Below are positions 12,809 to 24,040 of a stretch of DNA of 64,000 nucleotides, piece by piece. The position numbers were made by a program, and so were the translations under genes. The notes under the pieces are model-generated. The model did no database searches and was not told the origin of the DNA. It saw only the letters and a program-made list of their open reading frames with translations. The number at the start of each line of letters is the position of its first letter. Position 1 is the first letter of the stretch. The stretch lies in contig OZ251239.1 of assembly GCA_965240325.2 (NCBI GenBank), positions 434,001-498,000 of the forward strand, written 5' to 3'. Source of the stretch: Rebecca billardiae RCC1528 (taxonomy: Eukaryota; Protista; Haptophyta).

Positions 12809-14603
12809 GGGGGTCCAAGCCAGCAGCCCACCGATTGGTGATATTTGACAACCATGCCATGTAGGCGTCTGATGAGCGTGACGCTTGCGGAGTCACCCTC
12901 AAATATGTCCCAGAGCCCAGCCCAGCCGCCAGAAGCACTAAAAACCGACTCCGCGTGTCGTCGCGCGGTCGCGCGCGCACGCAGCGGCGCCCGCTGTGTC
13001 ACATAGAGATTCAGCCGAATGTTACCTACTTGTCATGGCAACTAGATGACGATACGCGGTCGGACTTACTTATTGACAAGCGCTGCCCTCTATCCAAAGG
13101 ATTTTATGGTGAAAATACCGAAAAAGTGGGGCACAATGCTGTGCGCGTAGACGTCCATGAAAAACTACTCCAAGATCGAGCACATTACCCATTTAATTAT
13201 GGGAATATACCCGCATATAAGCGCCAGGTTACCCACTATATATATAATGTGGTTAATTTTGCCATATGTATTCAAGTGAGTGCCTATACATGGGTACCTT
13301 GCTCACTACTTGCTGGGTCATCCGAATACGGAGTACGGCGGCGCCGAGACGGCTCATGCCACTGGACTCAGCACATCAGTGAGTGCCGGCCCGCGAACGC
13401 GGGCCTGATGCCGGTGGCGGGCTGCACGTGCTGCGGCACACGGCCAACTCCGCCACTGAACACGCCGCCACCATCCCGGCATGAGAGTCCTCTCCGCCGT
13501 CGAGGCTGGCGTGCGCAGACTAGCTCGCCATGTGCCGGGCGGCTTCCTTGCCCGTACTCAGGTGTCACCGGCACCGTCGCCGTTCGTCGTACCCCAGCTC
13601 ACGCGAGGCCGCCGCCGGTCCACCTCTGCTGCGGCTACAGCGCTTGCAGTCGAGGCTGCTCCAGCTTACCTCTGACTCTGCGAGCTGCTCGGTGGCGAGC
13701 GTTGAGCTCTCTGCCTCCACTGCCGTGCCCAGCAGCACTCCTGCCCCGAGCATCATGCAGTCCGCGCGCTGCTCCAAGACGGCCGCCAACAGTGGCGCAG
13801 GCACTCCCGAGACGAAGACACGGTGTGCAGATGTGGCAGCGGTCATAGCGGAGCTTGGCGGCGCGCGTTTGCTCCGCAGCAAGCTTGACGTTCGTGACAA
13901 GGTGCACGCTCTCAGCGCAGCTCGGCTGCTGCATGCAGCCAAGCGGCACGCCAAGTGGCACAACAAACAAGCCGACGCGTGCCGGCTGGAGCTTCTGGCG
14001 GTACTACTGTGAGCTGGAAGACAGGCCCCGCACGTACACAGGGTCGCCGAGCTTGCTTACCACCCACGACTGCCGCGCACTCCCGTTTGCGAACGAGCGG
14101 CCAGCGATCGCGCGAGTGCATGCGCAGCGCGTGGGGAGGTGAGCACTGCACGCACCAGGCCGAGCGCCGGGGGGTCATTCATGCTCATCATGGACAAGCT
14201 AAACCAGGTGTAAACCAGCGCGCAGCGTGCACGCTTCACCTGAAACCGGGGCTGCGTTGTCCGCGCTCATCCGGATGAGAGTTCGAACGGCGCGCAGAGC
14301 GGGGCTGTGAGGTTCAAGATGTCCGGTGAGAGCGAGCTGCCAGCGATCATTTGGTCGACCGCTGTCATGATGGCCACCCTGACTCGCCCGCCCGCGCGCC
14401 TCTGACGCCAGAGCGCGCTCCGCCGCGCCGACGCGACGATGAAGTCCACCGCCCAGGCGTGCTACTCGCCCGATCTCGGGCTCGACCGTGCTCTGAACGG
14501 CCGCGGCCCGTGCTGCCGCAATTCGAGCCAACAATGTTCGGAAATGGTCACCGCGAAATCGGTCAGTCGATTTTCGATTTTTAATTCCGCGGCTTGGACC
14601 CCC
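12809..14603. mobile_element. TA-flanked TIR element nested in the hAT, superfamily uncertain
   Basis: 13-bp perfect inverted termini gggggtccaagcc / ggcttggaccccc, each flanked by TA. No recognisable transposase. Confidence 0.6.
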
Positions 14604-14703
14604 TAGTTAAGACGTTAATCGCGCTCTTCATGAGTCACTCGTCAGTACTGATAGTCCGTGTCGTAGTTAGATTTCGTCATTATTCACGATTCCGGCCTAG
14701 ACG

Positions 14704-15128
14704 GGGGTCAGAGCCCCACTGTGGCGTGTGTGGCCCAAAATCCAACTTTCTGTCGTCTTGAGATGAGGCTCTCAAACTTCGGGATATCAATATTCGCCTG
14801 AAATGACCTGGGGTCACGCTGACAAGTTTTGCGAAAAAATGTCACATACTGGAGATATACGATCTCAATCTCGACGCGATCTCGGCAACATTAGTAGGAG
14901 AGATACACGATCTCCAAGGTGATCTCGCTATTTGCACCAGAATCGCACCTGCTAGATCACATTTTGACAGTCAGAAATTGGCACAGACGGATTCTACACC
15001 CTGGAATTAAGCCTAAACGAACTTAAACGGACTCAAACCGTTATATAAACGGAGGAGATATTTCGTCATATTTCGAGATTTCGGGAGATTGTGTCACTCG
15101 GGAGTGTAACGGTCGGAGCTCTGACCCC
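14704..15128. mobile_element. Possible MITE (AT-richer ~425 bp)
   Basis: 11-bp inverted termini ggggtcagagc / gctctgacccc. A nearby direct repeat cacgattcc occurs on both sides but does not abut the termini. Confidence 0.35.
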
Positions 15129-15326
15129 ACTACACGATTCCCAAATATAGGCCCCATAAAAATTTTCTTCGCCTCGGGCCGGCGGGGCCCCGGGGGGGGG
15201 ACCCCGGACCCCCCCGTGGGCCGGACTCGTCACGTGATGTCACGTGATCACGCCTGTTATTGATTGAGTGTTGGGCAGCCGTGACGACACGTGATGGTCA
15301 CCGTGTACGACGAATTCCCAGCCCTG

Positions 15327-17680
15327 GTGGAGACCGAGTTTCGATTTTTTCACTTTTGAGACCGCCGCATAGAGTCAGAGACGTTCATTCGGCGAGAAAA
15401 GGGCGCGCCCACGATATTCCCTAAGTAAAGTGCGATCTGGACGTGAGCCGGGCGTGGCTTTAGCGTAACGGTTCGTTACGAGCGAATCGTATTCGTCGTC
15501 CCGGATCGCGTTACGTCCGGACTGGGCCACATCCGGATCGGAGCCTGACGTGCCCCGCACGATGTCGATGGCGGATGGGAGGCCAACCCCTGCCTGGCTG
15601 CGAGCGAGCGCGCCTGCACGTGCCTCCGGACCCGCCTCCCGCTTGCTGCTCACGCAGTCAGCTGCGACCGTGGCGCATGATCGCAGAAGCAGTGCCGGCA
15701 GTACGGCCTGCATCAGCTAGTCGTGCCGCGCCGTCGTGTCCGCGCGCGGTAGTTGCGTTTGCAGCGCTTGCGCTCGGCGAGTCGGCGACGGCACGCGCGT
15801 GCGGCTCACGGGCTCAGTCACGGGTGTGTCAAATGCGGTCTCGTCGGCGCGCTTTCGCCCGCCACCTCGTGCACCCGTGCCGCCAGCTTCATCGTCTTCA
15901 TGATGGCCCGCGGTGCAGGGCGGAGCGCGCAGCGTGGAGCCCGCAGTGCGGGCCCTAAGGCAGCCTACTGTCAATCTCGCCCGTGCCTGAGCTGTGTGCG
16001 TCTCTTATTCTGAGTAATTAAACTGTATAACCACGTTTCATGCAAATAAAAGATCTTTGATCAAAGAAAAAAGGGACGGTGGCCGGGGCGATTTTCAGGG
16101 AGGTGGAGACCGCGAGTACAGTTTACTAAGTATAAGAGACGCACACAGCTCAGGCAGGCGAGATACAGTAGTTCGATTTTTTGAGACCGCATACAGTAGA
16201 GACGTTTACATTCGGCGAGCTAGAAAAGGGCGCGCCCACGATATTCCCTAAGTAAAGTGCGATCTGGACGTGAGCCGGACGTGACTTTAGCGTAACGGTT
16301 TGACGTTACAGTTACGAGCGAATAATCGTATTCGTCGTCCCGGATCGCGTGACGTCCGGACTGGCCCGACTGGGCCACATCCGGATCGGAGGTCGGACGT
16401 GCCCCGCACGATGGCGGATGTGACCAACCCCTGGCTGCGAGCGCGCCTGCACGTGCCTCCGGACCCGCCTCCCGCTTGCTGCTCACGCAGTCAGCTGCGA
16501 CCGTGGCGCATGATCGCAGAAGCAGTGCCGGCAGTACGGCCTGCATCAGCTAGTCGTGCCGCGCCGTCGTGTCCGCGCGCGGTAGTTGCGTTTGCAGCGC
16601 TTGCGCTCGGCGAGTCGGCGACGGCACGCGCGTGCGGCTCACGGGCTCAGTGGGCAGTGGCACGGGTGTGTCAAATGCGGTCTCGTCGGCGCGCTTTCGC
16701 CCGCCACCTCGTGCACCCGTGCCGCCAGCTTCATCGTCTTCATGATGGCCCGCGGTGCAGGGCGGAGCGCGCAGCGTGGAGCCCGCAGTGCGGGCCCTAA
16801 GGCCTACTGTCAATCTCGCCCGTGCCTGAGCTGTGTGCGTCTCTTATTCTGAGTAATTAAACTGTATAACCACGTTTCATGCAAATATAAAAGATCTTTG
16901 ATCAAAGAAAAAAGGGACGGTGGCCGGGGCGATTTTCAGGGAGGTGGAGACCGCGAGTACAGTTTACTAAGTATAAGAGACGCACACAGCTCAGGCAGGC
17001 GAGATACAGTAGTTCGATTTTTTGAGACCGCATACAGTTTACTATGTTTTAACGTGCACACTTGGTTAAGGCGTGATTGACGCCATCCAACACTGCACAA
17101 AGACACCGCCACAAAACAGACCGGCGCAGGCAGAGTAGAGACGTTTACATTCGGCGAGCTAGAAAAGGGCGCGCCCACGATATTCCCTAAGTAAAGTGCG
17201 ATCTGGACGTGAGCCGGACGTGACTTTAGCGTAACGGTTTGACGTTACAGTTACGAGCGAATAATCGTATTCGTCGTCCCGGATCGCGTGACGTCCGGAC
17301 TGGCCCGACTGGGCCACATCCGGATCGGAGGTCGGACGTGCCCCGCACGATGGCGGATGTGACCAACCCCTGGCTGCGAGCGCGCCTGCACGTGCCTCCG
17401 GACCCGCCTCCCGCTTGCTGCTCACGCAGTCAGCTGCGACCGTGGCGCATGATCGCAGAAGCAACGGTGCCGGCAGTACGGCCTGCATCAGCTAGTGCCG
17501 CTGCCGTCTGAGTGGCGCGCGCGGTAGTCAGTGAGTGTCCGTAGTAGAGTTGCGTTTGCAGCGCTCCGCGGCGCTCGGCGACGGCACGCGCGTGCGGCTC
17601 AGGTGTGTCAAATGTGGTCTCGTCGGCGCGCTTTCGCCTGCCACCTCGTGCACCCGTGCCGTCAGCTTCATCGTCTTCAT
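15327..17680. repeat. Tandem repeat, ~840-bp unit, ~2.8 copies (continues left of the hAT at ~10915-11059)
   Basis: Matching anchors at 15966/16805 and 16117/16958 (period 839-841). Repeated ORF translations MQAVLPALLLRSCATVAAD... x3. Segment 10915-11059 matches the unit end. Confidence 0.92.
15966..16170. repeat. Two oppositely oriented copies of a ~50-nt dispersed module (15966-16027 and 16117-16170); repeated at 16805-16866 and 16958-17011
   Basis: Module aatctcgcctgcctgagctgtgtgcgtctcttattcttagtaaactgta, the same sequence that flanks the large MULE. Confidence 0.85.
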
Positions 17681-18394
17681 GAGGACTGCTGCTGCTCGGT
17701 CGCCATCCGCTCTCCGCCATCACCCCGAGTCGCCCGCGGCGCGCGCGGTAGCCAGCGGGCGTACGGTCACTCACACCCGTGCCAACGGGTCAAGTGGCCA
17801 GAGTACGTCTGGTCGTTGGCTGGCACGGGCCGCAGCGCTAAAGCACCCTGCTGTCAGCACACCCGACTTCTTCAGTACTCCGAGCTGAAGCTCCGCGGCA
17901 CGACTCACTCGCCGCACGATCGGGCGGACGCGGGACGGGTCGGATCCGCGAGCTGATTGATCAGCCATCAGGCCAGAGTTGGACACGGTTTCATTCAGGC
18001 AGCTAGTAATAGTTGTCAGACGGACGTCCGATGCCGATGGCACGATCGCGGACAGGTCGGATCCAAGCTGATCAGCCAGTTGGACATTTGGCAGCTAGCT
18101 GTCAGACGGACGACGGGACGTCCGATTTGACCGGTGCCGCGGGTGCGGTCTCAGGTCCGCTGCTGTGATTCACTGATTGTGTGAAGTGTCAGGAATGAGT
18201 CTCGCGGTCGCAGGCAGGGCGACGGTCGGACTAATAGCTTCGTCAGTCATCTCACAACCGACTTCAACTGGCGAACTGCCACGACTACGGCGGAGAGCCG
18301 CGATTGCACGGCCACCGCGGGCCCCCAACTGCGTTGATTCTATTTATGCTAAGTAAGAAATGGACCGCGAAACGGGCGCGGTCATATCTAAGTA

Positions 18395-18396
<2 letters not shown>

Positions 18397-18470
<74 letters not shown>
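18397..18470. repeat. (AT)37 microsatellite
   Basis: Pure AT run. Confidence 0.99.
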
Positions 18471-18472
<2 letters not shown>

Positions 18473-20792
18473 TGGTGAACACAGCTTTAATAAACTACAT
18501 CAATTTCAGTAATTCGTGAGGAAGCCTGGGAGACCCAGCTCCGACCCCTTTAATTGTTGTCCAATACTGCTGTCCAAAGTGATACCGGATTAGGAATACC
18601 GAATACGAACAATGAGGCCTCAAACGTTATTTTTTTGATTAGGTACGCCTCGGGAATCGAGAACGCATGTCGTTACCTTTTTGAGCGCGCCTCATAGGGA
18701 CGTCGTTGCGATTCCCGCACCTATTTGTTGACGCTTTTCTACATACGACCATCCGCTCCCAAGTTGAGGATGGAACCGCGACGAGTGGCCTTTCGCCGCC
18801 GGCGCCGGCGTGCCGGCTCGGCACACACGATTGAGTATGACGAACGAGCTCAGCGCGCTGCTGCAGGGAGGCGAAGGCCTCGCGCGACACGCAGAACGGC
18901 GCTCAGCCGGTGTTCGACCAGCCCCACCGGGACAAGGCCGCCACGGGCCCCGCCCGCAGTTTAATTGTCGTCAGGCCACCCGGGTCCGAGCCGCTGACCC
19001 GAGTCAGTAGACGAGTTCAGCCGCCGACCTTGAATGACCCCAGTGGGCGGAAATGGCCATATCTCCCGGAGATTGCGTTTACTGACGTACGTCAGTAAAG
19101 TTTCGTCGGGATTTTCAGCAATTTCATTGGAGGAGGGTGCCTCACTCTATTGTCCAAACTTGCATTTTCGGGATGTGAAGCTGTAAGTGTTTCGCCTTGC
19201 GGAGTAGCGCAGCCGCCAATCCGTCCAATGGGAAGCCAGCTCGGGCTTCGCTCAATGAAAAATGATCACATCGGCTCCCGCGAGCCCCAATAGGAAATAG
19301 CGATGCTCGCTCCGTTCCACTTCGTCGGTATCTCGCCGTCTCGTGGTGGGCGAGGGGCGGAGCTGAGTGGTTGGGGCTGCGGCGCGGACTGCGATGCTGG
19401 GCTGCTGACGTTCTCCGCGCGGGATATCTGAGGGGCACGCGAGCTGTATGTAGGGCACGCCTTGCAAACAATCTCCCCGCTGTACGTGCAGGTCATGCTA
19501 GCGTCCTCCGCGCCAAAAAAACCTGCTTGTTCTTGCGCGAGGCCCGAGTCCGCGGCACGGTCGCTGCTCGCCGCAAGCTGGCACGCGTCAGCGTCTACAC
19601 ATTCACGATTCGGTGGTCATCGTGCGCCTGAGGACGGGGGCGATCTACTGAGTGCGCTGCTAGATGAGCAGGCCCGCGTAAGGTTAGATCACCCTGCTCC
19701 TCACGCCTTGCGCGCACCTTGGGTTGCTTCCGTCACGCCGTTGAGGCGCTTCACGTCGCACGGGTCGGCGTAAGCTGTGTGTGTGATGCAAGCAGACGTC
19801 TTCCAAGCCTGGCTTGTACCCGATGGGAGAGCATACTTCTATCGCCTTCAGCCACCACCTTCTCCGGCGTTCGACGCCCACACTACATGCGACCACAGCC
19901 ATACGCAGCTCGTCGGGACTCGTCTCCGTTAGCTTGTCGATGTGCAAACGCCAAGGCCTGTGACACGCAGGGAAGACTGATTCGCCATGGCATTTGTGCA
20001 CTGCGTGAAGCATTGACACCCGCGCACGTTCGCCAGGTAGATTTGCGGGAGCAGAGCGTGCTTTTCTGCAAGGAATCGCACACGTATCACAGAAGTTCAG
20101 CAGTCGCGGGCTCGGACTGAAGATCTCTGCACCGTCGCTTGGCCGTGAGTGACAGGAACAGGCGAGGAGCTCCCACGGTGCTGGCGCACAACATGCCGTG
20201 ACAGCGGGGGGCACACACATGGCGCGTGCGCTGACACAACCGCGCGGACGACCGGGCTAGGCGCCACTGATCGGCCGCCCTCGTGCAAGGCACCGGCGGA
20301 CTTCGCGGCCGGAACGCCATCGGGACAGCCGTCCCTCGTTTCGGCCGCCAGATAGTCTTTCGCCTTCTTCAAAACTCTAAACATTGACTGGCCAAGTAAC
20401 TCTGAGATTCGCAATCGTGCGGCCAAAAACGGGGCTGGGGGGCAGTCAAGGTAGTACGGTGGCACTCCGTGAGTCTCTGTACGTGAGTAATTCGCGGCGG
20501 TCCACTAGCGGCGCAGTGGCATCTGAATTAATAAATGCAGCAGCAGCAGAGCGCAGCATATCGTCAGTCGTAGTATCAGTCGTCGTCTGAGTATATAGTA
20601 CTTAACGATGACGATTCAGTCACAGTGCATGACAGTGCCGCCGCAGCCGCGGCCGCCGGCCCCGGCCGCGGCCGCTCCGCGCGGCCCGGCTCCGCGCGGC
20701 CGCTCCGCGCGGCCCCCGCCCCGCGGTGCCGCGACTGCCGAGCCGCGCCTGCCCACGGGCTCGGCGCGGCGCAGCCACGGCGACGCTGGCTG

Positions 20793-23708
20793 TCATGCCG
20801 GCGGCAGCTCGTGAGGTGGCCGTGCATATGCCGTCGTGGCCGCACAGCCGTCTGCTCCGCGTTGTCGCTCGTCGTGAGCCGCGCCTACACACATGGGCGC
20901 ACCCGCGGCCGGCGCGCGCGCGTGCGTTGGCACTGGCCTGAAGCAGTGTGGTCCGTGCGCCGACATCGCCGCCGATTCCGTTGTGCGTGTTGGGACCGGC
21001 CGCCCGATCAGGTGATGGCTGGCGAGAGCGTGAGGGGCGGGCTCGGCGCCGCGATGCACCGGCCTGTCATCGCGCGACATCACCAGCGTGTTGTTGTTCA
21101 CCGCGACGAGAGGCGACGTGTCCACGAGCATGAGCTCGCCTGCCGCTGCTGCCGGCGCGTGCGAGCGGCCGTTGTTGAAGGAGAGCACGGGCGTCGATGG
21201 CACGGAGAGCGGGTCCCTGCCGCCGCCGCTCCCGTACCGCTCCCGCCAGTGCTGCCGGAAGAGCGCGCGCGACGCCTCCACCTTGAACGGCGCCTTGCTC
21301 AGGAAGCCATGTGCGCGCGTCAAGTAGTCAGCGACCTCGCCGTCTGAGTCGTTGGCCGAGCGCACGAGCATCAGCGTGCGCGCCTCGTCGTCGGGGTCGA
21401 GCTTCTGCCGCACCTCGGCGATGATGTGCGAGCCGTACGCGATCAGCGAGCTCGAGCCCATCCGGGCGGTCGGCGGCATCTCGCCGTACTCGAGGTTCTC
21501 GTCGCAGATGATGAGCACGCGCGCGTCGCCGGCGTCGCGGATGCGGCTGAGCAGCGTGGCTGCGAGCGGCGGGATTTCCTCCGGCGTGCCGAGGGTGACG
21601 ATCGCCTCGTCCGGCGCGCCGAGCTTGGAGAACATGCGCTTGAGGACCGAGCGCTGCATCTTCGAGTCGTCGATGCCGATGCACACCGTGCCGTCCGGGA
21701 TGACCCACGTCGGCGAGGACGGGCGCGACGGCCGCGGCCGGCGCGTCTCGGCCGAGATCTCAATCTCCGGGATCGTGAGCGTCATGATCGTCTCGCCCTT
21801 GTCGAAGCGGATGCCGACGGTGCCGCCGAGCGCGTTGGCGCACAGCCGCATGATCCACGCGCCGTCGCCGGAGGACGTCGACGGGTGCCCCCCCTTCGGC
21901 GTGTCGCCGTGCAGCCGGAACCCCTTCTCGAAGACGACGGCGGGATCGTCGATGTTGAGCAGCTCCTCGTGGTCGTCGCCCGCCGAGTTGTGCACGTGCA
22001 TCCGCAGCGTGTTGCTGCCGCCCGGCTCGTCGGCGAGGTCGAGGCAGACGCGGACGCGCACGGCGCCGGCCTCGCTGCCGTACTTCACCGCGTTGCTCAC
22101 GGCGTTCGCCAGGATGATGTGCAGCAGGTGCGGGTCCGAGACGATCTGTGGCGGCTGCGCGGGCGAGAACTCGAAGTGCACGTTCGGGTTCGGCGAGCTG
22201 ATCACCGTCGGGAGGTGCACGGCCAGCCGCTTGGGCGCGTACATGCCGTTGACGATCTCGCGCGCGAGCGCGGCCGAGGTGATCGTGGTGAGCATCCCCG
22301 CGAGCAGGTCGTTCAGCATCGCCAGCTTCTCCCCGCCCACGCCCTGCTCGGTCAGCTCGTCGACGACCTGGATGGCGGCGAGAACGTCGTTCTTGACCTC
22401 GTGGCGCGTGAAGCGGTTGGCCTCCTCGTCCTTGCGCCGCGCGACCTCGAGCTCGCGCGTCTGGATCTGGTGCTCGATCATGCGCTCGCGGTCGGTCACG
22501 TCGCGCACGACGATCACCATGTACTGCTCCTTCGCCACCAGCTTCGGCTTCACCTCGCAGAGCAGCACGCGCGCGCCGTCGAGCGTGTCACGGCCGTTGA
22601 GCGTGTAACGAAATTCGGCCTGCTGGCTCGTGTCCTGCGCCCACGCGGCCGCGAGCATGCGGTCGATGTCGGTGTCCTCGCTCAGCTGGTGCGCGCGGCC
22701 GTGGATCCACGCGTCCGCGTCGTGCACGAGCGAGAGCAGCGAGTGCGACGCCACCGTGTGGTACCAGTCCTTCTCGCGCTGCGAGACGATGAGCACGTCA
22801 GACGCGTGCCGCCACGCGATGCTCATCTGCTCGGTGAGCCGCTCCAGCCGCCGCGCGGCCACCCGCCGCTTGGCGAGGTCGTGCTGCTCGCCGAGGTACG
22901 TGGCGTACAGCATCTTGCCGATGCAGTCCATCACCGCCTCCAGGATGCCGAACACGTCGTACTGCCGCGTCACCGCCGCGAACGCGAACAGGCACGGGAA
23001 GATGCTCCACACGCAGCAGCAGGTGAACGCGACGCGCTCGGCGCGCGCGTACGCCTCGTGGGTGCCCGGCTGGGTGTCGGCGGAGGAGTGCGCATTGAGC
23101 GCGCGGCGGCACTTGAACCAGCGCGCCCAGATGATCGAGTAGCACGCCGTCGCGCACGCGATCAGCAGGCACCACAAGCCGAGGTGCGGAGTGAGCCACA
23201 GGAAGTTGCCAAAGACGATGCACATGAACTGCGAGGACGCGGTGAGGGCGGCGACGCGGAGCGGCTCGCCAGCGGCGTCTTCGCTCACCACGGTCATCAG
23301 AAAGAGCGTCACGCCCCACTCGGCGTACCGAAGCGGCGAGGCGTGCGTCCCAATCACCGGGTCGAGCCGCACGGGGACCGGCAGCAGGAAATGCATCCAG
23401 TTGGTCGCCGCCGCAATCACGTGCACGGCGGTGACCAAGATCTCCGCGGAGGATGCGCCACGCATCAGCATCGCCAGCGTGCGCACAACCACCGCCGTGC
23501 CCAGCACCGTCCCCGACACGAGGTTGGCCCACCCTTCTGACCTGGTGAACTCCGACTCCGTCGGGATTGTCATCAGCACGAGCGCGCTCAGAGCACCCCA
23601 GACGAGCGCGGCGACAGCGACGATGAGGGCGGCGGTGCGCACGCGGAGCGTCGACAGGCCGCGCGCTGCGACCGTCGAAGACTCGTACAGCGCCGGCCCC
23701 AACCCCAT
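20793..23708 (-). CDS. Microbial rhodopsin-PAS-histidine kinase-response regulator hybrid (HKR-like photoreceptor); start uncertain (ATG 23708 or 23762)
   Basis: Helix C LRYAEWGVT, helix F WSIFPCLF, helix G MDCIGKMLY with retinal Lys (22914-22916). PAS end VIVVRDVTDRERM. H-box RHEVKN (His 22401-22403), N-box NAVSNAVKYG, VFEKGF, SSGDG. Receiver IDDSKMQR...ICDENL (Asp 21501-21503)...FLSKAP. Confidence 0.92.
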   Translation of the reverse strand: MGLGPALYESSTVAARGLSTLRVRTAALIVAVAALVWGALSALVLMTIPTESEFTRSEGWANLVSGTVLGTAVVVRTLAMLMRGASSAEILVTAVHVIAAATNWMHFLLPVPVRLDPVIGTHASPLRYAEWGVTLFLMTVVSEDAAGEPLRVAALTASSQFMCIVFGNFLWLTPHLGLWCLLIACATACYSIIWARWFKCRRALNAHSSADTQPGTHEAYARAERVAFTCCCVWSIFPCLFAFAAVTRQYDVFGILEAVMDCIGKMLYATYLGEQHDLAKRRVAARRLERLTEQMSIAWRHASDVLIVSQREKDWYHTVASHSLLSLVHDADAWIHGRAHQLSEDTDIDRMLAAAWAQDTSQQAEFRYTLNGRDTLDGARVLLCEVKPKLVAKEQYMVIVVRDVTDRERMIEHQIQTRELEVARRKDEEANRFTRHEVKNDVLAAIQVVDELTEQGVGGEKLAMLNDLLAGMLTTITSAALAREIVNGMYAPKRLAVHLPTVISSPNPNVHFEFSPAQPPQIVSDPHLLHIILANAVSNAVKYGSEAGAVRVRVCLDLADEPGGSNTLRMHVHNSAGDDHEELLNIDDPAVVFEKGFRLHGDTPKGGHPSTSSGDGAWIMRLCANALGGTVGIRFDKGETIMTLTIPEIEISAETRRPRPSRPSSPTWVIPDGTVCIGIDDSKMQRSVLKRMFSKLGAPDEAIVTLGTPEEIPPLAATLLSRIRDAGDARVLIICDENLEYGEMPPTARMGSSSLIAYGSHIIAEVRQKLDPDDEARTLMLVRSANDSDGEVADYLTRAHGFLSKAPFKVEASRALFRQHWRERYGSGGGRDPLSVPSTPVLSFNNGRSHAPAAAAGELMLVDTSPLVAVNNNTLVMSRDDRPVHRGAEPAPHALASHHLIGRPVPTRTTESAAMSAHGPHCFRPVPTHARAPAAGAPMCVGAAHDERQRGADGCAATTAYARPPHELPPA

Positions 23709-23937
23709 CTCATCGGCCACGGCGGCCGTGGAGGGCGGCCGCTTGATGGCGGATACGCGCATCTCGCAGCCGTGTCTCGTCAGGCGGCAATCTGGAAACC
23801 TCGCTATCAGGGCGAGATTCTGCCTTTCGCGATTGACCAAGCAGGCGACCGAACCGTCGCAAACGAGTAAACGACGGCGCAATCAGCATTTTAGATAGAG
23901 TGATGTTTACCGAGCTGTCTCTAGCGTACCGATATTA

Positions 23938-24040
23938 CAGGTGGATACGGGTGATCTGGACAGTGGCCGACCCAACTCACGCCGAGGCCTCCCTGGTTGC
24001 TCAGGAGTAGCCCCTGTGTCCAGTAGCCCGTATCCACCTG
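23938..24040. mobile_element. 103-bp MITE with TA TSD (Tc1/mariner-like) upstream of the HKR gene
   Basis: TA|caggtggatacggg...cccgtatccacctg|TA. 14-bp perfect TIR extending imperfectly to ~24 bp. Confidence 0.8.

Larger units (their letters stand above)
11060..15326. mobile_element. Non-autonomous hAT-like DNA transposon (4267 bp including nested insertions)
   Basis: 17-bp TIR cagggctggga(g/a)ttcgt at both ends. 8-bp TSD GTGGAGAC at 11052-11059 and 15327-15334. Subterminal arrays of tcacgtga/gtgatcac at ~11075-11180 and ~15228-15305. No transposase recognised. Confidence 0.88.

Noticed and set aside
16130-16140. gtataagagac resembles the Nextera/Tn5 mosaic end
   Set aside because: Only ~11 nt match, embedded in a longer genomic module whose other copies differ (gaataagagac); not adapter contamination.
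15966-17011. Repeated ~50-nt module as a CRISPR-like array
   Set aside because: Alternating orientation, non-unique intervening sequence, no cas genes, eukaryotic context.
18508-20494. 9-bp direct repeat agtaattcg flanking a ~2-kb lower-GC segment
   Set aside because: No TIRs, LTRs or recognisable ORF inside; could be chance, so no element is called.
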